A stretch of 25,274 bases of DNA from a virus (taxonomy: Duplodnaviria > Caudoviricetes), in IMG/VR virus record IMGVR_UViG_3300038675_000085, positions 1 to 25,274 of that record. One strand, written 5' to 3'. Below are positions 8,738-16,625 of the stretch, in pieces. Under the pieces are notes generated by a model. That model ran no database searches and was not told where the DNA came from. It saw only the letters and a program-made list of their open reading frames with translations. The position numbers and the translations under genes are program-made. Numbering within the stretch: position 1 is the stretch's first letter; the number at the start of each line of letters is the position of its first letter.

Positions 8738-8838
8738 TATTTTCTCTTCCTCCTGTCAATGCCGTCTAATATAACGGCAATAACGATTGTGACCGCAACT
8801 GTAGCGATAAGTATAATTATAGATTCGAGAAACGTCAT
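8737..8838 (-). CDS. 33-aa single-pass membrane peptide MTFLESIIILIATVAVTIVIAVILDGIDRRKRK
   Basis: Not in the ORF track. ATGA overlap with the tad1 stop and TAATG overlap with the next start. One hydrophobic helix followed by a basic tail. Confidence 0.7.
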   Translation of the reverse strand: MTFLESIIILIATVAVTIVIAVILDGIDRRKRK

Positions 8839-9224
8839 TTCTTCAAAGTACCTAGTACGCCGCGCTCTGCTCTATCATCGGCGCGTTTTGCCATCCAAAG
8901 AAGAGCCTCTTCAATGCACGTAAGAGCGAGGGCATTTTCTCTTGTGGCATATGGCCCTGCTTGGAAGCATTGAAGTCTATGCCTGACAATTTCAAGAAGG
9001 TCTTGGTCGAGAACGCCGCGAATGCTACCTTCTTCTGCGCGCGGCCCTTCTTGGAATTGTATTTCTGCAAATACCTCGTTGTTGTCGCCAATAAGGTATT
9101 TATGCCTTCCGTTGCCCGGACCTTCTTTGTCCCAGTACTTAATTTGATTAAGCTGATTTCTGCGTTGAATACGCATTGTCAAATCTTTAAGAGTTACTTC
9201 AGCTACATTGTTACTTTTTTCCAT
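8835..9224 (-). CDS. tad1: Tad1-family anti-defence sponge protein (binds Thoeris gcADPR and CBASS cyclic-nucleotide signals)
   Basis: Motifs EGPG..H.Y, IQFQEGPR.E....GV.D.DLLEIVR.RL..FQAGP...REN..ALT..EEAL.WM..R..DR.ER.VLGT match the clostridial Tad1 sequence as I recall it. AGGAG RBS. Confidence 0.88.
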   Translation of the reverse strand: MEKSNNVAEVTLKDLTMRIQRRNQLNQIKYWDKEGPGNGRHKYLIGDNNEVFAEIQFQEGPRAEEGSIRGVLDQDLLEIVRHRLQCFQAGPYATRENALALTCIEEALLWMAKRADDRAERGVLGTLKK

Positions 9225-9242
9225 TATTTCTTCTCCTATTAT

Positions 9243-9290
9243 TCAGCCCCATGGGTGCCAACCCCATGCAATGAGAGTCGTCTCGGCTGA
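9243..9290 (-). other. Predicted three-way-junction RNA structure upstream of the tad1 RBS
   Basis: UCAGCC/GGCUGA closing stem enclosing GAGA-cgac-UCUC and CAUGGG-guuggca-CCCAUG hairpins. Confidence 0.55.
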
Positions 9291-9291
9291 T

Positions 9292-9321
9292 AAAAAACAG
9301 GGCCGTTTTTGACCCTGTTTT
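9292..9321 (-). terminator. Intrinsic terminator after the major capsid gene
   Basis: AAAACAGGGTC-aaaaac-GGCCCTGTTTTTT on the minus strand, just downstream of the capsid stop. Confidence 0.85.
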
Positions 9322-9332
9322 AAAATGATTAT

Positions 9333-10721
9333 TTACGCCGTTGCAAGGGCGGCGTTCGTATAAGTATACTTATACACACTTGTTACGCCATCATACTGGA
9401 TATCAATCTGATTGATCGTTAATCCGTCTGTGACATAATTGCCGATCGTGCCTGCTCCATCCGTATCGTAAACGCCGAAACAGTTAATAAGGAATTTCTT
9501 CCCTTCATATGTATAAACGTCGTCAGCAGTTACAGCCGCAAGCGTTCCGCCATGACGGCAATATTTCAGTTTGGTAATGTCGAAATCTTGACCATGAGTC
9601 TTTATCTCGATGTTTGCCATAAAGATATTTGTTACGGCGGAATTAAATCCAAGGCCGGTCTTTGTTGCAGCAGGAATAAGAGGAATGGTACCAGCTACGT
9701 TTATTTCATAGGTTACACCGCCGGTACCGGCTTTTGCCGTAAAGTTGTAGCCGGTTGCAGGGACGGAATAAGTAGATCCTTCAAGAGGATATAAATACGT
9801 TGCCGCATTGTAGTTAATTACCAAAGGCGCGATGCTCGTACCGGGCGCACACTTGAGAATAACGACTTTTGAGGCGTTCGTGAGCGCGGCTACGTATATT
9901 CTGTCCGCGTTTACTTTGGTAAGCTTATAATCAATGTCTCTGCCGCTTTCGACGTTAGTATCACGCTTTAAATAAAGCGTAATTGCCGGTAATTCGTTTT
10001 CCGTTTCGGCATCGCCCTCGGTTTTGACAAGAATATCATGCCACTGCCCCGCGACAAATTTTACTCTCTTGGAAGGAATAACGCGGGCGTTTGCAATCAT
10101 TCCGATTTCGCCGGCAAATAGCATTTTATTGCCATTGTACTTATCAGCAGCGAGGAAGTTGGAATCAAGGCGAATATCAGCGACTTGTTCCGGATGAATG
10201 TACAAAAGCTTCATAGTGTTGATTTCTTCGTTAAAAGCGTCGATTGCTTTTACGGTTTCATCGTACCCTATGTCGGTAGTGAATCCCATATGAAGCTGGC
10301 CGTCGTAAAACGCCTCAATGCAGTCGGTATCGCATTTGCCGTAAATGCTATCGCCCAGCTGTTTAGTTGCTTCTCCAAGCGGATCGCCGTAACCGCAGGT
10401 CAATGCTTTATCTGTTATTTTTACGCCTTTTGCAGCTTGCTTGATTGTGAAGTTTTTTACGTCAGATGTTAGTGCGGAATAATCCACCTTTTCACCTTCT
10501 GCGAGGTCAACCGCTTCTCCGATATAACGCCATACCGGAACCGTAATTGTAGAACCAGCCGCACCTTGAAGTGTGCGGTCTACTTTTACGTATGGTAGTG
10601 CTGCGAGCTTTTTGTCAACTCTGGCCGTAATCATAGGCGCCATAACTTCTGGGTCCACAACGTTTGCTAAAACCGTGTTTGCGTCAGCAAAAAGCTGAAT
10701 GTTAATAAAATTTTTATTCAT
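9333..10721 (-). CDS. Major capsid protein (N4-gp56-like family, HK97 fold) with a ~170-aa C-terminal extension
   Basis: DPEVMAPMI, L.G..GSTITVP.W.YIGEA.D.AEGE, GYGDP.GEA..QL, GEIG.IA..RV..S and NVES.RDI motifs; follows the scaffold gene. Confidence 0.92.
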   Translation of the reverse strand: MNKNFINIQLFADANTVLANVVDPEVMAPMITARVDKKLAALPYVKVDRTLQGAAGSTITVPVWRYIGEAVDLAEGEKVDYSALTSDVKNFTIKQAAKGVKITDKALTCGYGDPLGEATKQLGDSIYGKCDTDCIEAFYDGQLHMGFTTDIGYDETVKAIDAFNEEINTMKLLYIHPEQVADIRLDSNFLAADKYNGNKMLFAGEIGMIANARVIPSKRVKFVAGQWHDILVKTEGDAETENELPAITLYLKRDTNVESGRDIDYKLTKVNADRIYVAALTNASKVVILKCAPGTSIAPLVINYNAATYLYPLEGSTYSVPATGYNFTAKAGTGGVTYEINVAGTIPLIPAATKTGLGFNSAVTNIFMANIEIKTHGQDFDITKLKYCRHGGTLAAVTADDVYTYEGKKFLINCFGVYDTDGAGTIGNYVTDGLTINQIDIQYDGVTSVYKYTYTNAALATA

Positions 10722-10740
10722 ATTTCTATGTCTCCTTAAA

Positions 10741-11400
10741 TTATTTTTTTGTTAGTGTTTCGTATAGGCTAGGGTTTTTTGTCTTTAATTCAATTCTTTC
10801 CTTATAACCCATCTTGTTAAATTGTTCTTGGTTTACTACTGAATCTCTTTTGTCAAGAGCCTGCGGCGCTGGACTTCTTAGATTCGCGTTATTCAAGTCC
10901 GTAGTAAGTTGAGTAATTTTTTCAAGCAATGGCTTTTCCGTCGCCGCCTTATAAGAGGCAAGGAAATCCACCGCTTTGTCAACGCGGTCTTCATCTTCCG
11001 ATGTAAGAATGTCGGCATATTCTGCGGGCAAGCCTTTAGAGGCAAGTCCGAGCTTGAACTCTGCCGCTTGTCTTGCTTTTGCTTCAGCATTAGCCTTTGC
11101 TTCAAACGCCTTGAGCTTTTCGGCATCGGGCGCATTCTTAAGAGCTTCCGCTTCCTGTTGCTTCTTGATTTCGTCAAGCTTTTTTTGAGAATCTTTCTCC
11201 GCCTTCGCATACGCTTTTGCATACGCCTTATCTACAAGAGCATCAATCTGTTCTTGAGTTAAAGAAGTAGGCTTTGCTTTGCTTGGATCATCTGTGGGAT
11301 TTGCAGGGTTAGCTGCTGGATCCGTTGCGGGGGGATTAGCTCCGCCACCTGCTCCATCTTCGAGACTGTAACAGCGTTTCATAAAGTGATAAAGTAACAT
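10741..11400 (-). CDS. Capsid scaffolding protein (DUF4355-like)
   Basis: Pro/Ala/Asp-rich N-terminus, TQEQIDALV motif, coiled coil, C-terminal FNKMGYKERIELK..NP.LY motif; directly upstream of the capsid gene. Confidence 0.88.
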   Translation of the reverse strand: MLLYHFMKRCYSLEDGAGGGANPPATDPAANPANPTDDPSKAKPTSLTQEQIDALVDKAYAKAYAKAEKDSQKKLDEIKKQQEAEALKNAPDAEKLKAFEAKANAEAKARQAAEFKLGLASKGLPAEYADILTSEDEDRVDKAVDFLASYKAATEKPLLEKITQLTTDLNNANLRSPAPQALDKRDSVVNQEQFNKMGYKERIELKTKNPSLYETLTKK

Positions 11401-11410
11401 TTATTTACCT

Positions 11411-11499
11411 CCGTTTTAAGGCCGTCGCCTTTAATATCCGTTTTATAGCCGCGTCGGCTGTCCGGCGTTCTTTTATGCCTACGTTTCGTTAAAAGGCAT
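11411..11499 (-). promoter_or_regulatory. Three tandem hairpin + TAAAA(N)CG units in the scaffold 5' UTR
   Basis: ATGCCT..AGGCAT-AAAAGAACG; AGCCG-acg-CGGCT-ATAAAACGG; AAGGC-gacg-GCCTT-AAAACGG. The last unit runs into the GGAGGT RBS. Confidence 0.65.
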
Positions 11500-11500
11500 T

Positions 11501-11526
11501 AAAAAAGCACCCATCTAGCTAGGTGC
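11501..11526 (-). terminator. Intrinsic terminator at the end of the minor capsid gene
   Basis: GCACCTA-gctaga-TGGGTGC-TTTTTT. Confidence 0.75.
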
Positions 11527-12676
11527 GATTTTCTAAGTAATTTTTGACTGCTGCTTTAATCGTTGGCTTTGTCTCGCCTCCAATCTGCTCGCGTTCGTAC
11601 TGGCGATAAAACGGTACGCCTTCTTCTTTGGCGACTCTTCTTAAGGCGTGTTGCCTTGCTTGCCACTCTTGAACTTTAGCAGCCGCCTTCTGTTGTTCTT
11701 TTGCGGTCATAGCCGCTTCTTCTCTGAGTTTCCAGTCTCTTATGCCACGCTCGTTATCGCGTTGCTGTTGCTCTATAGCATAGCGCTTGGCTGTCTCTTC
11801 AGGACTTGCGACTTCTTTGCGCTGTAGCTCCGGCTTATCAAAGCCTGGTATAAAGCTCGTATGCTCGTGCCTGCAGCCGTGATGATACATACCAGCGTCA
11901 ATAGCTTCTGACATTAACGGTGTTTTCCCGTCTGGTCGACCCGCGCTGAATACGTTGTCAATAACTACTTTTAATTGCCATGGCGCACACAATGGACAAC
12001 TTGACGGGTGTCCGGAGAATTGCACATAGAATATGCCATAATCTGCCGACCTTTCGCCCTTAGCATTTAATAAAAGCTTATGGCTTTGTTCGCGTTCTGT
12101 AAATTCAGCATAAGAACTTAGATCCCTCATTCCACCGCTTCCGCTTTGTATCTGAAAGCCTTTTGAAAGATATATCGATTGTGCTCTGTCAATCTCTTGA
12201 TAAACGTCTGCGGCGCTTGTGTCAACCGAAGCAGTTATACCTATTAATTGATTAAGGCCAGTTGTTTTGGCTTGATTTAGCGTTCCTAGCAGCGAAAAAA
12301 GTGTTGAGCCTAGGAAGCTATCCAGTGCCGTAAATTGTCTTTTCTGCGGTTTACTTTCAGGCTTGTAGCCTTGCCTAATTAGATTATTTACCGCCGAATC
12401 AACAGATTGTATTCCGCGTTTATATGTATATTGAAAATCCTCATTTATGGCCCTTGTAAGCTCTCTGAATGTTTTTACCGCCGCTTCATCAGCCGCTACA
12501 TTGTAAGCGTTGATTTGCTGATATACTGCCGCCTTAAAGTCTTTTGATTTTGCCGCCGTCGTAAATACCTTTTTACGGTTGACAATAAGCTGTTGAGCAA
12601 AGTCCGCTGCTATACTTCCGATATCAAGCCCTGTTTGTAAGCCAGGGTTATCAAAGTTAAGACGCAGTTCCGCCAT
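11519..12676 (-). CDS. Phage minor capsid protein (Phage_min_cap2-like)
   Basis: SGHPSSCPLCAPWQ.KV and G..H.GCRH motifs, QQQR..ER.IR.WK helix; follows the portal gene. Confidence 0.88.
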   Translation of the reverse strand: MAELRLNFDNPGLQTGLDIGSIAADFAQQLIVNRKKVFTTAAKSKDFKAAVYQQINAYNVAADEAAVKTFRELTRAINEDFQYTYKRGIQSVDSAVNNLIRQGYKPESKPQKRQFTALDSFLGSTLFSLLGTLNQAKTTGLNQLIGITASVDTSAADVYQEIDRAQSIYLSKGFQIQSGSGGMRDLSSYAEFTEREQSHKLLLNAKGERSADYGIFYVQFSGHPSSCPLCAPWQLKVVIDNVFSAGRPDGKTPLMSEAIDAGMYHHGCRHEHTSFIPGFDKPELQRKEVASPEETAKRYAIEQQQRDNERGIRDWKLREEAAMTAKEQQKAAAKVQEWQARQHALRRVAKEEGVPFYRQYEREQIGGETKPTIKAAVKNYLENRT

Positions 12677-14123
12677 TATTCATATCACCTTCTGCGCTTG
12701 GTGCGCCTTGAATAATACTGTTATTATTGGACGCTCCGGCGCTTAGCCTTGCCATTGCCGCCAGCCACTCAGCGGATTGATTGGTCGGGTCGGTGTTCTT
12801 TTGCTTCTGCTTCTGCTCTTTCTCAATTTGCGCTGTCTCATCTTCATAATCGACTTTAGGCATTAGATTAACAAGAGTACGGTCGGAGAACTTCTGAACG
12901 GAATCAAGCGTGGAGATTATCTGTGCAATCTCAAGGAGATTCTTTGACCAATCACGATTGATTGTAACTTCAACTTCCGAAACGTTAAACTCCGCATAAG
13001 AAGAAGGCTCTTTAGTCGCAAGAGCTTTAGCGTACATCTTAATACGGCGCTTATAAAGCTTCTCAATCTCTTCATCCTTATCAGCTATCATTTGCTTGAA
13101 AGGCATAAGCTTAAGGTCAAGCGCTACGCCAGATTGATTACCAGCAAACTGATCATCGGATAGGTTAGGTATCATTGCTAGGTCATAAATCTTACCGTCT
13201 ATGTCTCCGCCAAATTCGGTTATGCTGACATAGCTTTCATTCTTACTTAATACCCCAATATCACTTTCAGCATCGTTAGGATCTGTAGTAACTTCAATTC
13301 TTTGGCTTTCGGCCATGCGCTTTTGACTTTCGTTTTTCTCTTCCGGCGTATTTCCCGCAAGCTTTGCATTTTTAGCCTTGAGGTAATTCTTCGCAATCGC
13401 TTTGAAGTCTTTAAGGTTGAGATCGTGAAGCTCTGAACGATCGAGTATTAAACCAATTACCTGTTCCGCGTCGCCTTGCTCTTCCGGATTGTTGTGATAT
13501 TCGGTAAGCGGTACCCTGCCAAAGACATGCGGCTTGGGATATCTAAGTATCTCTTCGGATAGTGCGATTTCGGTCGAAATCTTAATATCTTCCGTGTACT
13601 CATTTTCTTTATCGTAAACAGAGGCGATTATATACTGTAAGTTGTCTTTTGTGTAGCGCTCATACCTAACGCCGTAAAGACTGTTATGTTCTACTGTGTT
13701 ATCAAACACAACAAAAGCGTTTTCACTGCTGACCATTGAGGTCTTAGGAATCGGACTTTCGTCTGACGACATATACACTAGCTCATAGCCTCTTCCGTAG
13801 ATACAACCTTGCTTAATTATCTTTCTGTCTTGAGCGATAATTGTCTGCGCCTTAAATAAGGCTTGTATAGCCTCAAAACAAGCCTTCTGTGTTCCTGTAA
13901 GCTTTGGTGCGGCAATGGTCACGCCTTCGCCTACAGCCGCAGAGGAAGATGTTACTACAAGCTTCTTTACAAATGGCAGTTTAACAACGCGGCTTCCATC
14001 AGACTTTTTATTCTCGTACATCTCGCGCTGAAGAGTTAATCTTGCTTTGTCTTTCTCCCATTCTTTAATCCAATTTAGAAGATTTTTATATGTAAGATTT
14101 GAGTCCTTATCAACAGTAATCAT
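12657..14123 (-). CDS. Portal protein, SPP1 gp6-like
   Basis: IYGRGYELVY, F.V.D, H.FGRVPL.EY.NN.E..GD.E.V and F.GN.SGVAL..KL motifs. Start set at MITVD from the AAGGAG RBS. Confidence 0.92.
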   Translation of the reverse strand: MITVDKDSNLTYKNLLNWIKEWEKDKARLTLQREMYENKKSDGSRVVKLPFVKKLVVTSSSAAVGEGVTIAAPKLTGTQKACFEAIQALFKAQTIIAQDRKIIKQGCIYGRGYELVYMSSDESPIPKTSMVSSENAFVVFDNTVEHNSLYGVRYERYTKDNLQYIIASVYDKENEYTEDIKISTEIALSEEILRYPKPHVFGRVPLTEYHNNPEEQGDAEQVIGLILDRSELHDLNLKDFKAIAKNYLKAKNAKLAGNTPEEKNESQKRMAESQRIEVTTDPNDAESDIGVLSKNESYVSITEFGGDIDGKIYDLAMIPNLSDDQFAGNQSGVALDLKLMPFKQMIADKDEEIEKLYKRRIKMYAKALATKEPSSYAEFNVSEVEVTINRDWSKNLLEIAQIISTLDSVQKFSDRTLVNLMPKVDYEDETAQIEKEQKQKQKNTDPTNQSAEWLAAMARLSAGASNNNSIIQGAPSAEGDMNNGGTAS

Positions 14124-14140
14124 AATCGTTATTCTCCTTA

Positions 14141-15532
14141 CTAGTTCCAAGCGCCAACGGTGGCCGTGCCGCGTCCTATAAAACGCCTTAAATATTGAGT
14201 CGTCATATCTACTTGATCGTCATGAGCTCCGTTAGGAAAAGAAAGTAGTTCGTTTATATAGTCTTCAATCCATATTGCATTTTTCGGAACAGCTACATTG
14301 CCAGCTTCAAATAAAGGGGTTATTGCGTATGCTCTTGCCTCTTTACTTTCAGTTGGATTAACTGGAATTATTCCTGCAACTTTAGTTCTTAAGCTGGATA
14401 TTATGGCCGCTCCGTTTGCTTTTTCCTCCACGAGCTTTCCAACCGCTTGAGGATAAGCTTTTGTAACATCGAGCATTCTTTGTTGACTTTTTACAAAATC
14501 CATGCGCTCTTTAATTCGATATACCAGATAATGCATTGAGCCTTTCTTCGCCCATACTCCGCCGCATACGTAATCCGTGCCATCGTTATCTTTAAAAGTG
14601 AAGTCCCACGATTGCATCCATTGTTCAATTCCATCAGGCAATGTGTCATAATATTTAATCCAATCTCTCTTAAAGACATTGCCGCTTTCAATTGACGGAA
14701 GTTGCTGATAAAGCGACGTCCATACTCGAGAGCCTAGCGATGTCTTTGTGTCCTGAATCCACGCCTTGCCGTATCCACCTTCTGGCCATAATGGATCTCC
14801 TGTCTTACGGCCTATAATGTCGTCCTCTCCGTCACATTCTGCGGGCAAGCGAATAAGTGTCCATTTGTCAGGTTCTTCACGCAATAATCTTCCGGCTAGA
14901 TCATCTTCGTGCCAGCGCGTCATTATGAGAATAATTGAGCCTCCAGCGTGTAGTCGCGTTAAAAGAGTACTTTTATATTCGTTGTATACACGATTACGAT
15001 AAACGGGGCTTTGAGCTTCTGAGTCGTTCTTGACTGGATCGTCAATTATTAATAAATCGGCGCCTTTGCCTGTAATTGCGCTGCCTATACCAGCTGCAAC
15101 AAGACCACCTCTGTGCCCGGCAATGTCCCATGCGCCAACAGATGATTTATCTTTAGCAATATTTAATCTAAATAATGCGTCACCGTAAAATGATAGCTTC
15201 TGCCGATTCTTTCGAGAAAAGTCAAGAGCTAGATCATCGCCGTATGATGCGAGAATTACGCGCTTATCTGGATTCTTACCTAAATAAAATGACGGGAACG
15301 TTTCCGTAACCGTCATAGATTTTGAGTGCCTTGGTGGAAGCTCTAAGATTATTCGCTTGCCGCCTTCTAGAAGTACACCCTCAAGCACCTTACAAATATA
15401 CCGTGTGTGTTTGGCGTGCCGATACGCTCCGCCGTGAACATAGTCAATGTAGTCTGCGTAATAGCGCCGTGCAAGCTCTTGACGTGCTGCTTCAGCAATT
15501 GCTATTCGTTGGTCTTGATTGTAATTCAACAT
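14141..15532 (-). CDS. terL: Terminase large subunit
   Basis: Walker A LPPRHSKS, Walker B LLIIDDP, MTRWHEDDLAG, nuclease motifs SWDFTFK and HDDQVD. Confidence 0.95.
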   Translation of the reverse strand: MLNYNQDQRIAIAEAARQELARRYYADYIDYVHGGAYRHAKHTRYICKVLEGVLLEGGKRIILELPPRHSKSMTVTETFPSFYLGKNPDKRVILASYGDDLALDFSRKNRQKLSFYGDALFRLNIAKDKSSVGAWDIAGHRGGLVAAGIGSAITGKGADLLIIDDPVKNDSEAQSPVYRNRVYNEYKSTLLTRLHAGGSIILIMTRWHEDDLAGRLLREEPDKWTLIRLPAECDGEDDIIGRKTGDPLWPEGGYGKAWIQDTKTSLGSRVWTSLYQQLPSIESGNVFKRDWIKYYDTLPDGIEQWMQSWDFTFKDNDGTDYVCGGVWAKKGSMHYLVYRIKERMDFVKSQQRMLDVTKAYPQAVGKLVEEKANGAAIISSLRTKVAGIIPVNPTESKEARAYAITPLFEAGNVAVPKNAIWIEDYINELLSFPNGAHDDQVDMTTQYLRRFIGRGTATVGAWN

Positions 15533-16025
15533 CTGCCAGTGCCCTCAATTGCGCCTCTGTTAAGTTGTTTAACGGATTGGATCCGTCTATCTTGCCTGAG
15601 TGCTCAATGTCTTGCTTATCGCGCCATACATCAGGTTTACGATTCTTGAGCCAAAAAACTTGAGCGCCAGTATCGGGGGGAACGTGCATTTCGTCGAATG
15701 CGGTAACGAGTTCCTCGGTCTCTCTTATTCGCCTTCCGTTGTCGTCATAGTCAACGGTTTTAACCTTGAAGGTTTTCTTAAGCATTACGTTGTAACCGAG
15801 GGCTTTTTTATACAGCGCGTTCTCTACTTCAATGTCCGCAACCTCTTTACCTTTTTTAAGAGCCTCCGATATCTCCACGTGATCATTCTTCCAAGCGTAC
15901 AATGTTGATGGCGCAATTCCCATCTTTTCGGCCAGTTGCTCATCCGATAAACCGTCTCTTGCCCATGCGGATAATAACAGTAGGTTTTCAGGTTCTATCC
16001 ATTTTTTATATTTGCCTTTTGCCAT
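15492..16025 (-). CDS. terS: Terminase small subunit (N-terminal HTH)
   Basis: WARDGLSDEQLAEKMGIAPSTLYAWK HTH, VENALYKKALG, PDTGAQVFWLKNR.P..WRDK. AAGGAGG RBS before MAKGKY. Confidence 0.88.
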   Translation of the reverse strand: MAKGKYKKWIEPENLLLLSAWARDGLSDEQLAEKMGIAPSTLYAWKNDHVEISEALKKGKEVADIEVENALYKKALGYNVMLKKTFKVKTVDYDDNGRRIRETEELVTAFDEMHVPPDTGAQVFWLKNRKPDVWRDKQDIEHSGKIDGSNPLNNLTEAQLRALADVELQSRPTNSNC

Positions 16026-16048
16026 AAAGCCGCATCCTCCTTCTCTCC

Positions 16049-16091
16049 AAAGAAAGAGGCGCATCGCAGGGGGGGGGATTGCGACACGCCT
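16049..16091 (-). terminator. 12-bp hairpin with a C-rich loop and broken U tract in the late leader (possible attenuator)
   Basis: AGGCGTGTCGCA-atccccccccc-TGCGATGCGCCT-CTTTCTTT; two G-U pairs in the stem favour the minus strand. Confidence 0.5.
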
Positions 16092-16148
16092 AAAAACGAG
16101 GAGATTATGAACACAAGTAACGTATGATTAACTTAAAATTCAGTTTAC

Positions 16149-16195
16149 ACTATATCACAGGTAAATACTGTAAAACAATGTAATTTACTGTAAAC
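16149..16195 (-). promoter_or_regulatory. Putative activator-dependent late promoter with phased TTAC repeats
   Basis: Minus strand: gTTTACAGTA-aaTTACATTG-tTTTACAGTA-TTTACCTG, then extended -10 TGaTATAGT. No -35. Lies at the 3' end of the activator gene, upstream of terS. Confidence 0.7.
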
Positions 16196-16625
16196 TTTGT
16201 TTGATTTTACCGACTACATTTAAAGCGTCTCCGTGCATTTTAAATATATTTTCTGTTGAGTAATCCATAAAGTCGGCTATGTCCTCCCACTTCTTACATA
16301 AGATATACCTTTGTTCAAGTAATACTTTATAATTACTATTACTTATTAACTGTATTATACTTCCTATCTCTTTCTTTATAATAATAAGTGTATTAAGGTT
16401 CTGCTCAACCTCTGCTTCAGCATCGGCAATTAATTGTAAATATTTCTCGGTTCTGCTTACTCCGGATGATTGAATTGCAGTATCTTGATAAGTAGGAGTA
16501 ATGCGCTCCGCAAGACCGCGCCACATTTGGATCATCTCTTGCTTTGACTTTATCTGACGGTCTATATTGTAGGCTCGTTGCAACCACTGTTTAGCAGTCG
16601 GTCTATTATCAATTGATTGTATCAT
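16185..16625 (-). CDS. Late transcriptional activator, ArpU/RinA/DUF1492-like (sigma region 4-like C-terminus)
   Basis: AKQWLQRAY.ID..I..K and LLEQRYI..KKWEDIA..MDYS...IFKMHG.AL; directly upstream of terS; AAGGAGG RBS. Confidence 0.85.
   Translation of the reverse strand: MIQSIDNRPTAKQWLQRAYNIDRQIKSKQEMIQMWRGLAERITPTYQDTAIQSSGVSRTEKYLQLIADAEAEVEQNLNTLIIIKKEIGSIIQLISNSNYKVLLEQRYILCKKWEDIADFMDYSTENIFKMHGDALNVVGKIKQSLQ

Noticed and set aside
9243-9290. tRNA or self-cleaving ribozyme
   Set aside because: Too short; no anticodon arm or TTCRA loop; no CUGANGA/GAAA hammerhead core.
16098-16127. Plus-strand mini-ORF MNTSNV with GAGGAG
   Set aside because: The RBS-to-ATG gap is only 3 nt and it is antisense to the late leader; better explained as a minus-strand anti-SD segment or chance.
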